Positions 32,085 through 41,730 of a stretch of 63,594 nt of DNA are shown in pieces. The position numbers and the translations under genes were made by a program. Location: positions 1 to 63,594 of the forward strand of contig CAVQRT010000019.1 in the NCBI GenBank assembly GCA_963715195.1. Reading direction: 5' to 3'. Under the pieces are notes generated by a model. It worked only from the letters and a program-made list of their open reading frames with translations. It was not told the origin of the DNA and ran no database searches. The first letter of the stretch is position 1, and every line of letters starts with the position of its first letter. Source of the DNA: Thermodesulfovibrionales bacterium (lineage in GTDB: Bacteria > Nitrospirota > Thermodesulfovibrionia > Thermodesulfovibrionales > SM23-35).

Positions 32085-32475
32085 ATGAAATTTCCTTATA
32101 GTGACATAGTGTTAGAACACTTTCGCCACCCACGGAATGTGGGACAAATTGAGGATGCCGATGGGAAAGCCACTGAAGGTAGTCCTTCTTGTGGAGATAT
32201 GGTTTCCGTCTATATCAAAGGTTGATCCTCAGATACCAGAAACTATCAGTGATATCAAATTTGAATCTTATGGCTGTGCTTCAAACATCGCGACGGGGTC
32301 TATTATCACAGAGCTTGCAAAGGGCAAGACGCTTGAGGAAGCTAAGAAAATTAACTGGAAGACGGCTTCAGAAGCGCTTGGGGGCTTGCCGAAAATCAAG
32401 GCTCATTGTTCCGTGCTCGCGGTGGAAGGGTTGCGCGGCGCGATACAAAACTACGAAGAGCGTCACGGTATTTAA
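32085..32475 (+). CDS. IscU/NifU-N Fe-S scaffold (frameshift at about 32220)
   Basis: MKFPYSDIVLEHFRHPRNVG...GSPSCGD, YGCAS and KAHCS, so all three Cys are present; AGGAGG RBS. Confidence 0.88.
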
Positions 32476-32621
32476 TAGAGTACTTTCTTTTCGATGCACT
32501 TGCACAGGCGAAAGCCGAAGGTAAATGGGACGATGACTTGATGTTACAGGTCAAAAACACGCCAACATTGAAGAGGGGATTTAATCGATTACTATTATAC
32601 CCGGCCAACAACCCGGCGGGC

Positions 32622-33671
32622 TCACTGCTGCATGATATGCACGTCTCTCTGTGGAAATGGGATGACGATACCGGCTTCATTAAACTTCTTGTATATTGTG
32701 CAGTTCAGTTCATGCGTGGTCACCCCTCTGAACGCAGGCTCTTCTGTCCAGCAGAGGAGTTCGAAAAGCAGCGCTGAATCCCCGAACTCCCTGAATCGTA
32801 CCCGTGGGCTCGGATCGGGCAGCACGTGCGCATTTTCGGCGGCAATTCCGAGAAGGAGCGTCTGAACCAGGTCAATATCACTCCCGTAAGCAACAGACGC
32901 TGGTATCCTTATCCTGTAATTGGGAATAGGAGCGCTCTCATTTATAATTTTTGAATTTGCGATCACGGCATTCGGGATGGTGATCATGACATCATCCCTC
33001 GTTTTAATACGTGTGCTCCGAATACCTATAGCAACTACCTCTCCCCGCTCCCCCTCGCCAAGTACCACGTAATCTCCCATCTTGTAAGGCCTGTCGATGA
33101 ACACACTCAGCCCTCCGAAAAAATTTGACAGGGTATCCTTTGCAGCTATGGCAACTGCGATGCCCGCGATACCTGCAGACGCGACAAGCGGGGTGATATC
33201 TATCTTCCAGATCGAGAGAACCGCCATAAGCGCTGCAGCAATAATGACGATCTTGAAGACATTTTCAATCAGAGGGATTATATCCTTCCCATGACCTGCG
33301 GTATCGGCACTGCTGAAGACAGATGCTCCCTCGACAAAGATTTTGCTTATTCTTATGAGCGAGATGGCCCAGATGATTCCTGCCATGGTATAGAGCGTGC
33401 TGTTCAGATAAAAAGAAATTTTTGGTGAAAACTGCAGGTAGATGACCGCAAGGACACAGCCAACCAGTATGACAGTAAAATAGATCGGCCGGTGAATGAC
33501 ATCGATAAGTCTGTCATCAAGATCTGACTTGGTGAAGCGAGAGAACTTCCTTAAGACCTTATCAACCAGCAAGTCGATGGCCTTCGCCAAGACGACGAAT
33601 ACCACAACTGAAAGCGCGGCATTTACATAAGGCGATGACGATATATCAAGCGCTTCGATTAAACTTACCAC
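32622..33671 (-). CDS. MscS-family mechanosensitive channel (second copy)
   Basis: ASAGIAGIAVAIAAKD, DRPYKMGD and IPFPQRD. Confidence 0.93.
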   Translation of the reverse strand: MVSLIEALDISSSPYVNAALSVVVFVVLAKAIDLLVDKVLRKFSRFTKSDLDDRLIDVIHRPIYFTVILVGCVLAVIYLQFSPKISFYLNSTLYTMAGIIWAISLIRISKIFVEGASVFSSADTAGHGKDIIPLIENVFKIVIIAAALMAVLSIWKIDITPLVASAGIAGIAVAIAAKDTLSNFFGGLSVFIDRPYKMGDYVVLGEGERGEVVAIGIRSTRIKTRDDVMITIPNAVIANSKIINESAPIPNYRIRIPASVAYGSDIDLVQTLLLGIAAENAHVLPDPSPRVRFREFGDSALLFELLCWTEEPAFRGVTTHELNCTIYKKFNEAGIVIPFPQRDVHIMQQ

Positions 33672-33767
33672 GTGGTGTTGTTCCGGGCATACATTGTGAT
33701 TTCACCCATTATAGCAAATCCCTGCACAAAGGGTTCATTAGCAGGCATTTCGCAAGGCAGTGAGCGT

Positions 33768-34103
33768 TCAATGATGCCCATCTGCCGAATGTCCCCCGGC
33801 AATAATATAGACCGCCTCATGCGGACCGGGATTTTCGAGATAGCACTCCTGTGCCCCTGAAATATGAAATGCGGACCCTTCCTGCAATGTTCCCTCATGC
33901 GCACCTGTTACAAAGAGAGCACCCCTGAGGGCAAGGACAATTTCTTCGTGTCCGGCGCCGGGAGATATTCTCCTCCCCTTTTCATGGGGGCCGAGAACCC
34001 CGTATATCATATAGCAGGCATGGCTTCCGGTATGCTGAAACCCCAGAATTGATTCTCCTCCTCCGCTGCTTCCCGCATTGTCTTTCATGTCAACTACTTT
34101 CAT
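33768..34103 (-). CDS. Small cupin-like protein
   Basis: TGSHACYMIYG...PG.GHEEI...YIIAGGH. Confidence 0.55.
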   Translation of the reverse strand: MKVVDMKDNAGSSGGGESILGFQHTGSHACYMIYGVLGPHEKGRRISPGAGHEEIVLALRGALFVTGAHEGTLQEGSAFHISGAQECYLENPGPHEAVYIIAGGHSADGHH

Positions 34104-34236
34104 TGTCGCGATCCCTGTCCAGGCACCCGGGTCACTCTGAAATCCATTATTCCTCACTATACATGAGCAACAACAGGATTTCAATTTCTCCCTTTTTCCT
34201 GCTGCAGACACAACTTTTCCACAAGGCATGACTTCG

Positions 34237-34266
34237 TTGACACCTTTCAATTTTACCTGATATACT
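34237..34266 (+). promoter_or_regulatory. Sigma70-type promoter of the chemosensory operon
   Basis: TTGACA (34237-34242), 18 nt, TATACT (34261-34266) with a TG extended -10. Confidence 0.6.
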
Positions 34267-34408
34267 CCATTAGTATTAAAAGACAGCCGTATAGTATGGT
34301 TTTAAGAACCAAAAGGAAGGTTTTTGTCGTTTTGGAAGGGTTTATTGTGCATATGGAAGACTGTGATGCCGGATATGATACTGTGCGCCCGAAGGGGAGT
34401 CAATCAGT

Positions 34409-35539
34409 ATGAGCCTTGTCGGACGGATTGAAGACCTGGGACTGTCCGATATTTTCCAGATACTGAGTATCGGGAAAAAAACAGGCACCCTCGTGTTGAA
34501 AGGAAGCCGTGGGAGTGCAATGATCGTCTTCAAAAACGGTCTTGTAGTCAGGGCTGAGACAAACGATATCGACAGAACTCTCGGAGAAGAGCTGACACAG
34601 GCCGGGCTTCTCAAGGATACCGTGTTGAACCTTGCACTCGAAGTAAAAAAAAAGCTGCCCTCGAAATCAGTTCCTGAAATACTCCTTGAACTCGGATCCC
34701 TGCATAAAGACACGCTTGAAAAAATAACACGCAAACGGATCGAAAAGGTTGTGTATCAGCTCCTTGTCTGGGAGGACGGGGATTTTCAGTTCGAGCTTGA
34801 TGATATTAACCCGGAAGGCAAAATCGAGGTCCCGGATGTCGGATGGGAAATTTCGAGGGGAATGAGCCCTGAATACCTGCTGATGGAGGGAGCGAGAGTC
34901 CATGATGAATCCTCCCAGATGACAACGCTCTCTGCAGACGAGCTGACCGGAATTACTCAGGAGGGTGAAGACCTTGGTTGGGAAGAAGACTGGGAGATGC
35001 AGACCGGGCCTGAACGCAGGGACATCTCCTCGCTGAGGGCACTCACACAGGAACTGAGATTTCCCAACTCAACATCAGAGATCACGCTTCTTATACTAAG
35101 GTTTGCAAGTGAGATCTTTGCGAGAGGAATTCTCTTTATGGTTGGAGACAGCGTCATTGTCGGCCTCGGCCAGTTCGGCCTTAACATTGATGCACCCGAT
35201 GAAAAAATACGTGAGATAACGCTTTCTTACGAAGAGAGCGCTTTTTTCAGGCAGATCATACAGGAGAAACGATCCTATACGGGAACGCTTGAAAAGGACA
35301 GTATCACAGAATTTCTGATACAGGAAATCGGGGGGGACTGGCCACATGATATCGCTTTTTTCCCCATTATCGCCGAGGGAAGAACAGTCGCGCTCCTTTA
35401 CTGTGACAACCTGCAGAGCCCGGAGAAGATCGGCGAGACCGAAGGGCTCGAGATTTTTATTGATCAGGCAGGTCTCGCACTCGAAAAATCCCTGCTCCAG
35501 AGACGCATTCAAGAGATGGAAAAAAAGGAAAAGCATTAA
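34409..35539 (+). CDS. DUF4388 (PATAN-like) + GAF-like domain protein
   Basis: MSLVGRIEDLGLSDIFQIL...KTG.L and W.DG.F.F; C-terminal ALLYCDN. Confidence 0.8.
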   Translation: MSLVGRIEDLGLSDIFQILSIGKKTGTLVLKGSRGSAMIVFKNGLVVRAETNDIDRTLGEELTQAGLLKDTVLNLALEVKKKLPSKSVPEILLELGSLHKDTLEKITRKRIEKVVYQLLVWEDGDFQFELDDINPEGKIEVPDVGWEISRGMSPEYLLMEGARVHDESSQMTTLSADELTGITQEGEDLGWEEDWEMQTGPERRDISSLRALTQELRFPNSTSEITLLILRFASEIFARGILFMVGDSVIVGLGQFGLNIDAPDEKIREITLSYEESAFFRQIIQEKRSYTGTLEKDSITEFLIQEIGGDWPHDIAFFPIIAEGRTVALLYCDNLQSPEKIGETEGLEIFIDQAGLALEKSLLQRRIQEMEKKEKH

Positions 35540-35576
35540 TGTTTTTTTCCCTTAATTTTGATAGAATGGTATATAA

Positions 35577-35963
35577 ATGCAGGATGAAGGATTGACAAAA
35601 TCTATCCTCATTGTTGAAGATTCATCTACCACAAGAGCTCTCATTAAAGCTGTCGTCGAAGAAATGGGAGACTTTACCATCGTTGAGGCATCTTCAGGAT
35701 TCGAAGCGCTGAAGCTTTTGCCTACCCGGGAGTTCAATCTCGTCATCACTGATATAAATATGCCTGATATTAACGGGCTTGAACTGATCAGTTTTGCAAA
35801 AAATAATCCGCGTTACAGCACCATTCCCCTGATAATCGTGAGCACCGAGAGGAGTGAAGAAGACAAGGAGAGGGGGCTGGCACTGGGGGCGATGGCGTAC
35901 ATCACCAAGCCCTTCAAGGCGCACGAACTCCAGGAAATAATCCAAAAGGCCCTCATCCCATGA
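35577..35963 (+). CDS. CheY-like response regulator
   Basis: Single REC domain: VEDS, TDINMP and TKPF. Confidence 0.9.
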   Translation: MQDEGLTKSILIVEDSSTTRALIKAVVEEMGDFTIVEASSGFEALKLLPTREFNLVITDINMPDINGLELISFAKNNPRYSTIPLIIVSTERSEEDKERGLALGAMAYITKPFKAHELQEIIQKALIP

Positions 35964-37921
35964 AAGCATCGAAAAAGGATTTTATCGCTGAAGCAGAAGA
36001 ACTGCTGTTTGAATGCCAGCAGATGATCCTTGAGATTCAGGATACCTTTCAGACCTCGCTGAATCCTGACACAATTAACGGGCTTTTCCGGGCAATCCAT
36101 ACCTTGAAGGGACTTTCCGGGCTCTTCGGGAGCAAAGGCATGACAGACCTGAGCCATGCCCTCGAGTCACTCTTGGATGACGTAAGGCTCGGAAAGGTCA
36201 ACATGAATGATGCGGTCATCGATTTTCTCTACACAAACCTTGATATCCTTACCTCTGCAGTTGAGGGAATCAAGGAGGACAAGGAACCCGATCTGACCGA
36301 ACAGATAAATAACATAAAATCCTTCAGGGATTCACAGCAGGGGGAAGCAGGCACTGTTGATCTCAAGGGAGTAATTGACAATTCGATTGCCTCGGTGCTC
36401 TCCGAATATGAAGAACACCGTCTGAAAACAAACATCAAGGATGGCAACGGCGTTTACCTCCTGAAGACAGTGCTCGATCTCTCATCTTTTGATACTGCGC
36501 TTGAAGAACTGACAAAAAATATCAAGTCACTCGGGGAACTGATATCCACGCTTCCCATTTCGGCTGACGTGCCGGACGGATCAATAGGGTTTAATCTGCT
36601 GTTCGGGAGCAACAGGCTCCAGAGCGATATAACAAAAACGTTCGGCAAAGATCTTGAAGTGCTCGTCCAGCCGCGGCAGCAGACAGTCACACCACAGAAA
36701 AAAAAAGAAAGCTCTATTAAAAGTTCCTCCACCACCGTCCGGGTCCATATAGACAAGCTCGACAGAATACTGAACACCATCGGCGAACTGACTCTCACAA
36801 AAGATGCGGTGAAAAGAATCGGTGACGAAATGTCCGTGGTCCATGCCCATTCTGAGCTGACGCGGGATACCCTGAAGATATCCCAGGTCTTCGAGCGAAG
36901 GCTGGTCGAATTGCAGGATCAGGTCCTCGCGATACGTATGGTCCCCATAGGACAGATATTCTCCCGTCTTGCACAGGTCATCAGAAGATATTCCCGGGAA
37001 ATGGGCAAAGAGATCAACCTCACTCTTTACGGCGAGGACACTGAACTTGACAAGTCTCTCGCAGAAGAAATCATCGACCCGCTCATGCACCTTGTGAGGA
37101 ACTCGATTGACCATGGCATAGAGACTGCGGAAGAAAGGCTCGCAAAGGGAAAACCCGAAAGCGGCACTATCACGCTTAAGGCTTTTCAGACCGGGAGCTA
37201 CGTCGTCATTGAACTTTCAGATGACGGAAGGGGTATTGACACCGCAAAAATCAGGGAAAAGGCAATTGCAAAAGGCCTGATTGATCGTTCTGCTGAAATT
37301 CATGAACATGACCTGATTAACTTTATATTCGCCGCAGGTTTCAGCACAAAAGAAATTGCCAGCGAGATCTCCGGAAGGGGCGTCGGGCTCGACATCGTCA
37401 AAGAGAAGCTCTCGACCTTTGGGGGGTTTGCTGATGTAGATACGAAAACGGACAAAGGGTCAACCTTCACTATTACCCTCCCGATTACGCTCGCAATCAT
37501 TAAGGCCCTTATCGTAAGGGTCGGCGAAGACAGGTTTGCCCTTCCTCTCACTGCCGTGTCTGAAACTGTGGTGCTGGAGGGCAAGGATATCCAGACCATA
37601 GAATGGAAGAATGTCTATTATATCAGGGGAGAAATGCTCCCTATCATCAGTCTGGGGAAAATTTTTGACATCAAAACTTCTGAGAGTGAAACACAGTTTG
37701 CAGTTGTTGTAGGTTCGGGGAAAAGAAAAATCGGATTGCTGATCGACGAGGTGATCGGCCAGCAGGAAATAGTGATCAAATCAATCGGTGAATATTTCAA
37801 GGGTCTCAGCGGGTTTGCCGGTGCCGCTGAAATTGGCAGGCATGAGGTAGTACTTGTCCTGGATATAGAGTCAATCATTGAGAAATCGATCCTCAAGCAG
37901 GAGGGGATACTCCATGTATGA
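35960..37921 (+). CDS. cheA: Chemotaxis histidine kinase CheA
   Basis: Hpt FRAIHTLKG, HLVRNSIDHG, SGRGVGLD and a C-terminal CheW domain. Confidence 0.96.
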   Translation: MKASKKDFIAEAEELLFECQQMILEIQDTFQTSLNPDTINGLFRAIHTLKGLSGLFGSKGMTDLSHALESLLDDVRLGKVNMNDAVIDFLYTNLDILTSAVEGIKEDKEPDLTEQINNIKSFRDSQQGEAGTVDLKGVIDNSIASVLSEYEEHRLKTNIKDGNGVYLLKTVLDLSSFDTALEELTKNIKSLGELISTLPISADVPDGSIGFNLLFGSNRLQSDITKTFGKDLEVLVQPRQQTVTPQKKKESSIKSSSTTVRVHIDKLDRILNTIGELTLTKDAVKRIGDEMSVVHAHSELTRDTLKISQVFERRLVELQDQVLAIRMVPIGQIFSRLAQVIRRYSREMGKEINLTLYGEDTELDKSLAEEIIDPLMHLVRNSIDHGIETAEERLAKGKPESGTITLKAFQTGSYVVIELSDDGRGIDTAKIREKAIAKGLIDRSAEIHEHDLINFIFAAGFSTKEIASEISGRGVGLDIVKEKLSTFGGFADVDTKTDKGSTFTITLPITLAIIKALIVRVGEDRFALPLTAVSETVVLEGKDIQTIEWKNVYYIRGEMLPIISLGKIFDIKTSESETQFAVVVGSGKRKIGLLIDEVIGQQEIVIKSIGEYFKGLSGFAGAAEIGRHEVVLVLDIESIIEKSILKQEGILHV

Positions 37922-38732
37922 AAACTTCTACGGACTGACCCAAAGGCCTTTCAGCAAGACCCCTGATCCACGGCTCCTGTTTCTCAGTAAGCACCACGAG
38001 GAGGCGCTTGCACGCCTGCACTATGCAGTTGAGGAAAAGGAGCTCATCCTGCTCACCGGAGAAGTTGGCTGCGGGAAGACAACCCTCACAAGGGCCCTGA
38101 TGGACTCACTCGGAGATACCTACCGGGTGATTGTCATCATCAATCCCCGCCTTACACCGACACAGTTTTTGCGGACCATTGCAAAACGCTTTGATATCGA
38201 TATCCCCCTTAACTTTAAAGACGATCTCCTCGACGCGATTTGTGACCGGGTATACAAAGACTACGAGAAAGGCATCACACCAGTCCTTATCATTGACGAG
38301 GCTCAGTTGATCCCGAACAAGGACACCTTCGAGGAAATCCGTCTTCTCACAAACTTCCAGCTCGACACCACAAACCTCCTCAGTCTGATACTTGTCGGAC
38401 AGACGGATCTGAAAAGACGATTGAACCATAAAGTATACCGCCCGCTCAAACAAAGGATAGGACTCTTCTACCACCTCAAACCGCTGGATAAAAATGAAAT
38501 AAAGGGCTATCTGGACTACAGGCTGCACAACTCGGGGTGTGAAGGGGAACTCTTTACCGAGGACGCCATTCACTTGATATACCGCTATTCGAGCGGTATC
38601 CCTCGGCTGATAAACAGTCTGGCCACCTCCGCCCTTCTTGAAGGCTTCGGAAAGGAACGACGGATAATCGACAAGACGCTCATCAGGGATGCCGCCAGGG
38701 AGCTGGGTTTAAATGGATATCGCGAAAATTAG
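37914..38732 (+). CDS. ExeA/GspA-like AAA ATPase
   Basis: MYENFYGL...PF..TPDP, GEVGCGKTT, IIDEAQ, LVGQ and GIPRLIN. Confidence 0.88.
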   Translation: MYENFYGLTQRPFSKTPDPRLLFLSKHHEEALARLHYAVEEKELILLTGEVGCGKTTLTRALMDSLGDTYRVIVIINPRLTPTQFLRTIAKRFDIDIPLNFKDDLLDAICDRVYKDYEKGITPVLIIDEAQLIPNKDTFEEIRLLTNFQLDTTNLLSLILVGQTDLKRRLNHKVYRPLKQRIGLFYHLKPLDKNEIKGYLDYRLHNSGCEGELFTEDAIHLIYRYSSGIPRLINSLATSALLEGFGKERRIIDKTLIRDAARELGLNGYREN

Positions 38733-39447
38733 GAAAAAGATTCGTAAGGATCAGGAAGATACTCAACAGGGGAAAAAAGCCGGGAAGGAAAAAAGTCCCG
38801 GCGATGCCCAGGAAATATCCCAAAGGGAGACCGAAGAGTCCGCAGCCAAAAAGAGGGCTGCATCCCCTCCCCCTGCAGATGTAAAAAGAGAGAAAGCCAA
38901 GACCTGCCAAAGAGGCTCCCGTCACACAGGATAAAGATGCCCCTGAACCAAAAGCAGAGGACGTCACATTTGATGAAGACAGTGCAGGGGCCGGGGATAT
39001 ACTGAAGAAGAGGCAAAAATCGAGATTCTCACCTTCGGCCTCGGGAAAGAAGAATTCGCTTTTAAGATTTTCGACCTTTACGAGATATTAAGATTTCAGA
39101 GGATTACAAGGGTGCCGAAGATGCCCGATTATCTAATCGGGATTACCTCCCTCAGAGGGAAGATTATCCCGGTCGTGAGCCTGAAGCAGAAACTGGGGCT
39201 TACCCAGCAGTCTGCTGATATGGATCAGCGGGGGAAAATACTGATCATTAAAGGGCCAAGAGGCCCGGTCGGAGCATTTGTTGACCGCGTGATCGGAGTT
39301 GTCCGTATTCCCGTGCAGGAAATTCTCCCCCCGCCCTCTCATCTTACGGAGATTGAACTCAAATACATCGAGGGAGTTGCCGTCGTCGATAAACGTTTCA
39401 TCCCGATTATACACATGAAAGAAACCGTAGCAATTGATTTTCAATGA
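38713..39447 (+). CDS. cheW: CheW with charged N-terminal extension (frameshifts at about 38900-39050)
   Basis: MDIAKIRKK start; C-terminal VPKMPDYLIGITSLRGKIIPVV. Confidence 0.82.
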
Positions 39448-39526
39448 ACCAGCTCAACCATAATGGGACCGGCAATTTTGCATTCTCCGTTGTTATAACT
39501 TTATAATTTTAAAAAAGGAAGGCTCC

Positions 39527-41257
39527 ATGAAAATGATTGCCAGGACGATTAGAGAAAGACTCGAAGTAAAATATACAGTGCTTATTCTCACTCTCTTTTC
39601 TTTGGGAATCATTATCGGGGGCATTGTAATATCACTCGAGTCTCTTAATTTTCCCGCAAAAATGCTCATCCTGTTGTTTTTCTTTCTTGCGGTCGGGTTC
39701 GGATGCTGGCTCACCATAAGACGACTCCTCGCAGAGCCTGTGCAATCTCTCCAGAAAACCGCGCAGTCTATGGCCAGGGGAGATCTCTCTGCCATGTTTA
39801 AGCGGACCACGGATGATGAAATCGGGGTCCTCGGCGAAACCCTCAACCAGTCAGTCTCGGCTCTCGGGCGGATACTTTCCGGGGTAGGAACCGGGACAGG
39901 ACAGACAATCGATCTTGTGCAGAAAATAGACACGCGGTTCAAGCAGTTTTCAGAAGGGGCGGATATCGAATCTGAAGCAATATTCAATATTGCAGGATCA
40001 CTCGAACAGATGAATTCTGCCTCGTCCGAAATATCGAAGAGCACCGAGGGGCTCGCGGTCTCGACAGAGGAGAAGGCGGCATCTCTCGAACAGATGGTGG
40101 CAAGCATCGGGCAGGTCGCCAACAGCGCACAGGAACTCTCCAATACTATAGATTCAACCTCTGCCTCGATCGAGGAATTGTCAGCCACGATCAAGGAAGT
40201 CGCGAACAAGGCTGAAGAACTTACCGCGGCATCAGAAGAGACTTTGACTGCAGCCGAGGAAATATTCTCTTCCATCAAGGAAGTCGAGCAAAGCATAAAG
40301 GAGTCTGCAACACTTTCTGAGAAGGTAAAAGATGATGCCTCCACATTCGGCCTCGGTTCGGTCGAAAAAACGGTTGAGGGCATCCAGGATATAAAAAGCA
40401 CTTTTGACAAAACCGCAAACTTCATCAAAAAACTCGGGGTGCGATCTGATGAGATAGGGAAAATACTCAATGTGATTGATGAAATCACCGACCAGACAAC
40501 CCTCCTCGCGCTGAATGCCGCGGTCCTTGCAGCCCAGGCAGGCGAGCATGGGAAAGGATTTTCTGTCGTGGCGGATGAAATAAAAGACCTCGCGGAGCGG
40601 ACATCATTCTCAACAAGGGAAATTGCTGAACTCATCCAGGCGGTTCGCCAGGAGGTCAAGGACACAACGCTTGCAATGGATGACGGCCTCCGTTCTGTCG
40701 ACAACGGGCTGAAGGTTGCGAAAGACTCGGGAGACGCCCTGAAGAAGATTGTCGAAAGCTCGAAGCAGTCAGCTGAGATGTCTCTCTCCATAGAACGTTC
40801 GACCGCTGAACAGGCGAAGGCTACACGACTTGTATCAGGGTCGATGGAACGGGTAAAAAACATGGTATCCCAGGTCGCGAAAGCCACGATGGAACAGAGC
40901 AAAGGAGCAGTCCTTATCACCAGGGCCACGGAGAGGATGCGGGATGTAGCCAACCATGTGAAGGCTGCAACAGGCGAGCAGCTCTCTAACATGAAGCAGG
41001 TGACTGAATCGATCGAACTCGTTTCTGAAAAGAGCCGGCAGATTGCCAGGGCAGTACAAGAACAGAGGTCCGGCTCTCAGCAGATCTTTCACGCAATAGA
41101 AACAATAAAGGAAATCCCCGATAAGAACAAAAAGATTATTAAGGATGTCAACGAGGCCCTTGACACTCTTCTGAAAAATGCCGAATCCCTTACTGCGAAC
41201 TTCACTACAATCAGGCCATCAGAGCATGGCACTGTCCACTCCGATAAGAGCAAATGA
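39527..41257 (+). CDS. Methyl-accepting chemotaxis protein
   Basis: TM hairpin, HAMP (DDEIG.L) and signalling tip QTTLLALNAAVLAAQAGEHGKGFSVVADEIK. Confidence 0.94.
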   Translation: MKMIARTIRERLEVKYTVLILTLFSLGIIIGGIVISLESLNFPAKMLILLFFFLAVGFGCWLTIRRLLAEPVQSLQKTAQSMARGDLSAMFKRTTDDEIGVLGETLNQSVSALGRILSGVGTGTGQTIDLVQKIDTRFKQFSEGADIESEAIFNIAGSLEQMNSASSEISKSTEGLAVSTEEKAASLEQMVASIGQVANSAQELSNTIDSTSASIEELSATIKEVANKAEELTAASEETLTAAEEIFSSIKEVEQSIKESATLSEKVKDDASTFGLGSVEKTVEGIQDIKSTFDKTANFIKKLGVRSDEIGKILNVIDEITDQTTLLALNAAVLAAQAGEHGKGFSVVADEIKDLAERTSFSTREIAELIQAVRQEVKDTTLAMDDGLRSVDNGLKVAKDSGDALKKIVESSKQSAEMSLSIERSTAEQAKATRLVSGSMERVKNMVSQVAKATMEQSKGAVLITRATERMRDVANHVKAATGEQLSNMKQVTESIELVSEKSRQIARAVQEQRSGSQQIFHAIETIKEIPDKNKKIIKDVNEALDTLLKNAESLTANFTTIRPSEHGTVHSDKSK

Positions 41258-41730
41258 ACAAAGGCACGAAATTTGCTCTCTTCAAGATAGGCGAGGAAGA
41301 TTTCGGGATAGAAGTCAAAAGAGTTGTCGAAATCCTCGACACGCAGCGGGTCTATTCAATCCCGGAACTGCCGGACTTTCTCTCCGGCGTCATCACCGTA
41401 AGAGGGGAGGTTATCCCCCTTCTGGATCTCAGGAAACGCTTCAATGTTCCCCCCTCTGACGACCAGGGACATATCATTATCGTTCACTATGACAAAGAAA
41501 AAATCGGGCTCCTTGTGGATGAGATTAAAGAGATTATTACGCTTGAAAAAGGAGATATCATCACTCCGCCCATGATATTCAAGGGATTAAAAAGAAAGTA
41601 TCTTACCGGGCTCGGGAAAAAAGATGACACGATCGTCATTCTTCTCCATATCGATGACCTTCTCACCTCTGAAGAGAAGATACAACTGAAAGAAACCGAA
41701 GGGATCTTGGAGGAAGATGCAGGAGATTAA
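41254..41730 (+). CDS. cheW: Chemotaxis adaptor CheW
   Basis: GVITVRGEVIPLLDLR and IGLLVDEI. Confidence 0.93.
   Translation: MNKGTKFALFKIGEEDFGIEVKRVVEILDTQRVYSIPELPDFLSGVITVRGEVIPLLDLRKRFNVPPSDDQGHIIIVHYDKEKIGLLVDEIKEIITLEKGDIITPPMIFKGLKRKYLTGLGKKDDTIVILLHIDDLLTSEEKIQLKETEGILEEDAGD

Noticed and set aside
39493..40992. Long antisense ORFs (for example 499 aa opposite the MCP and 407 aa opposite ROK/lepB)
   Set aside because: These are shadow ORFs of well-supported genes with no motifs of their own.
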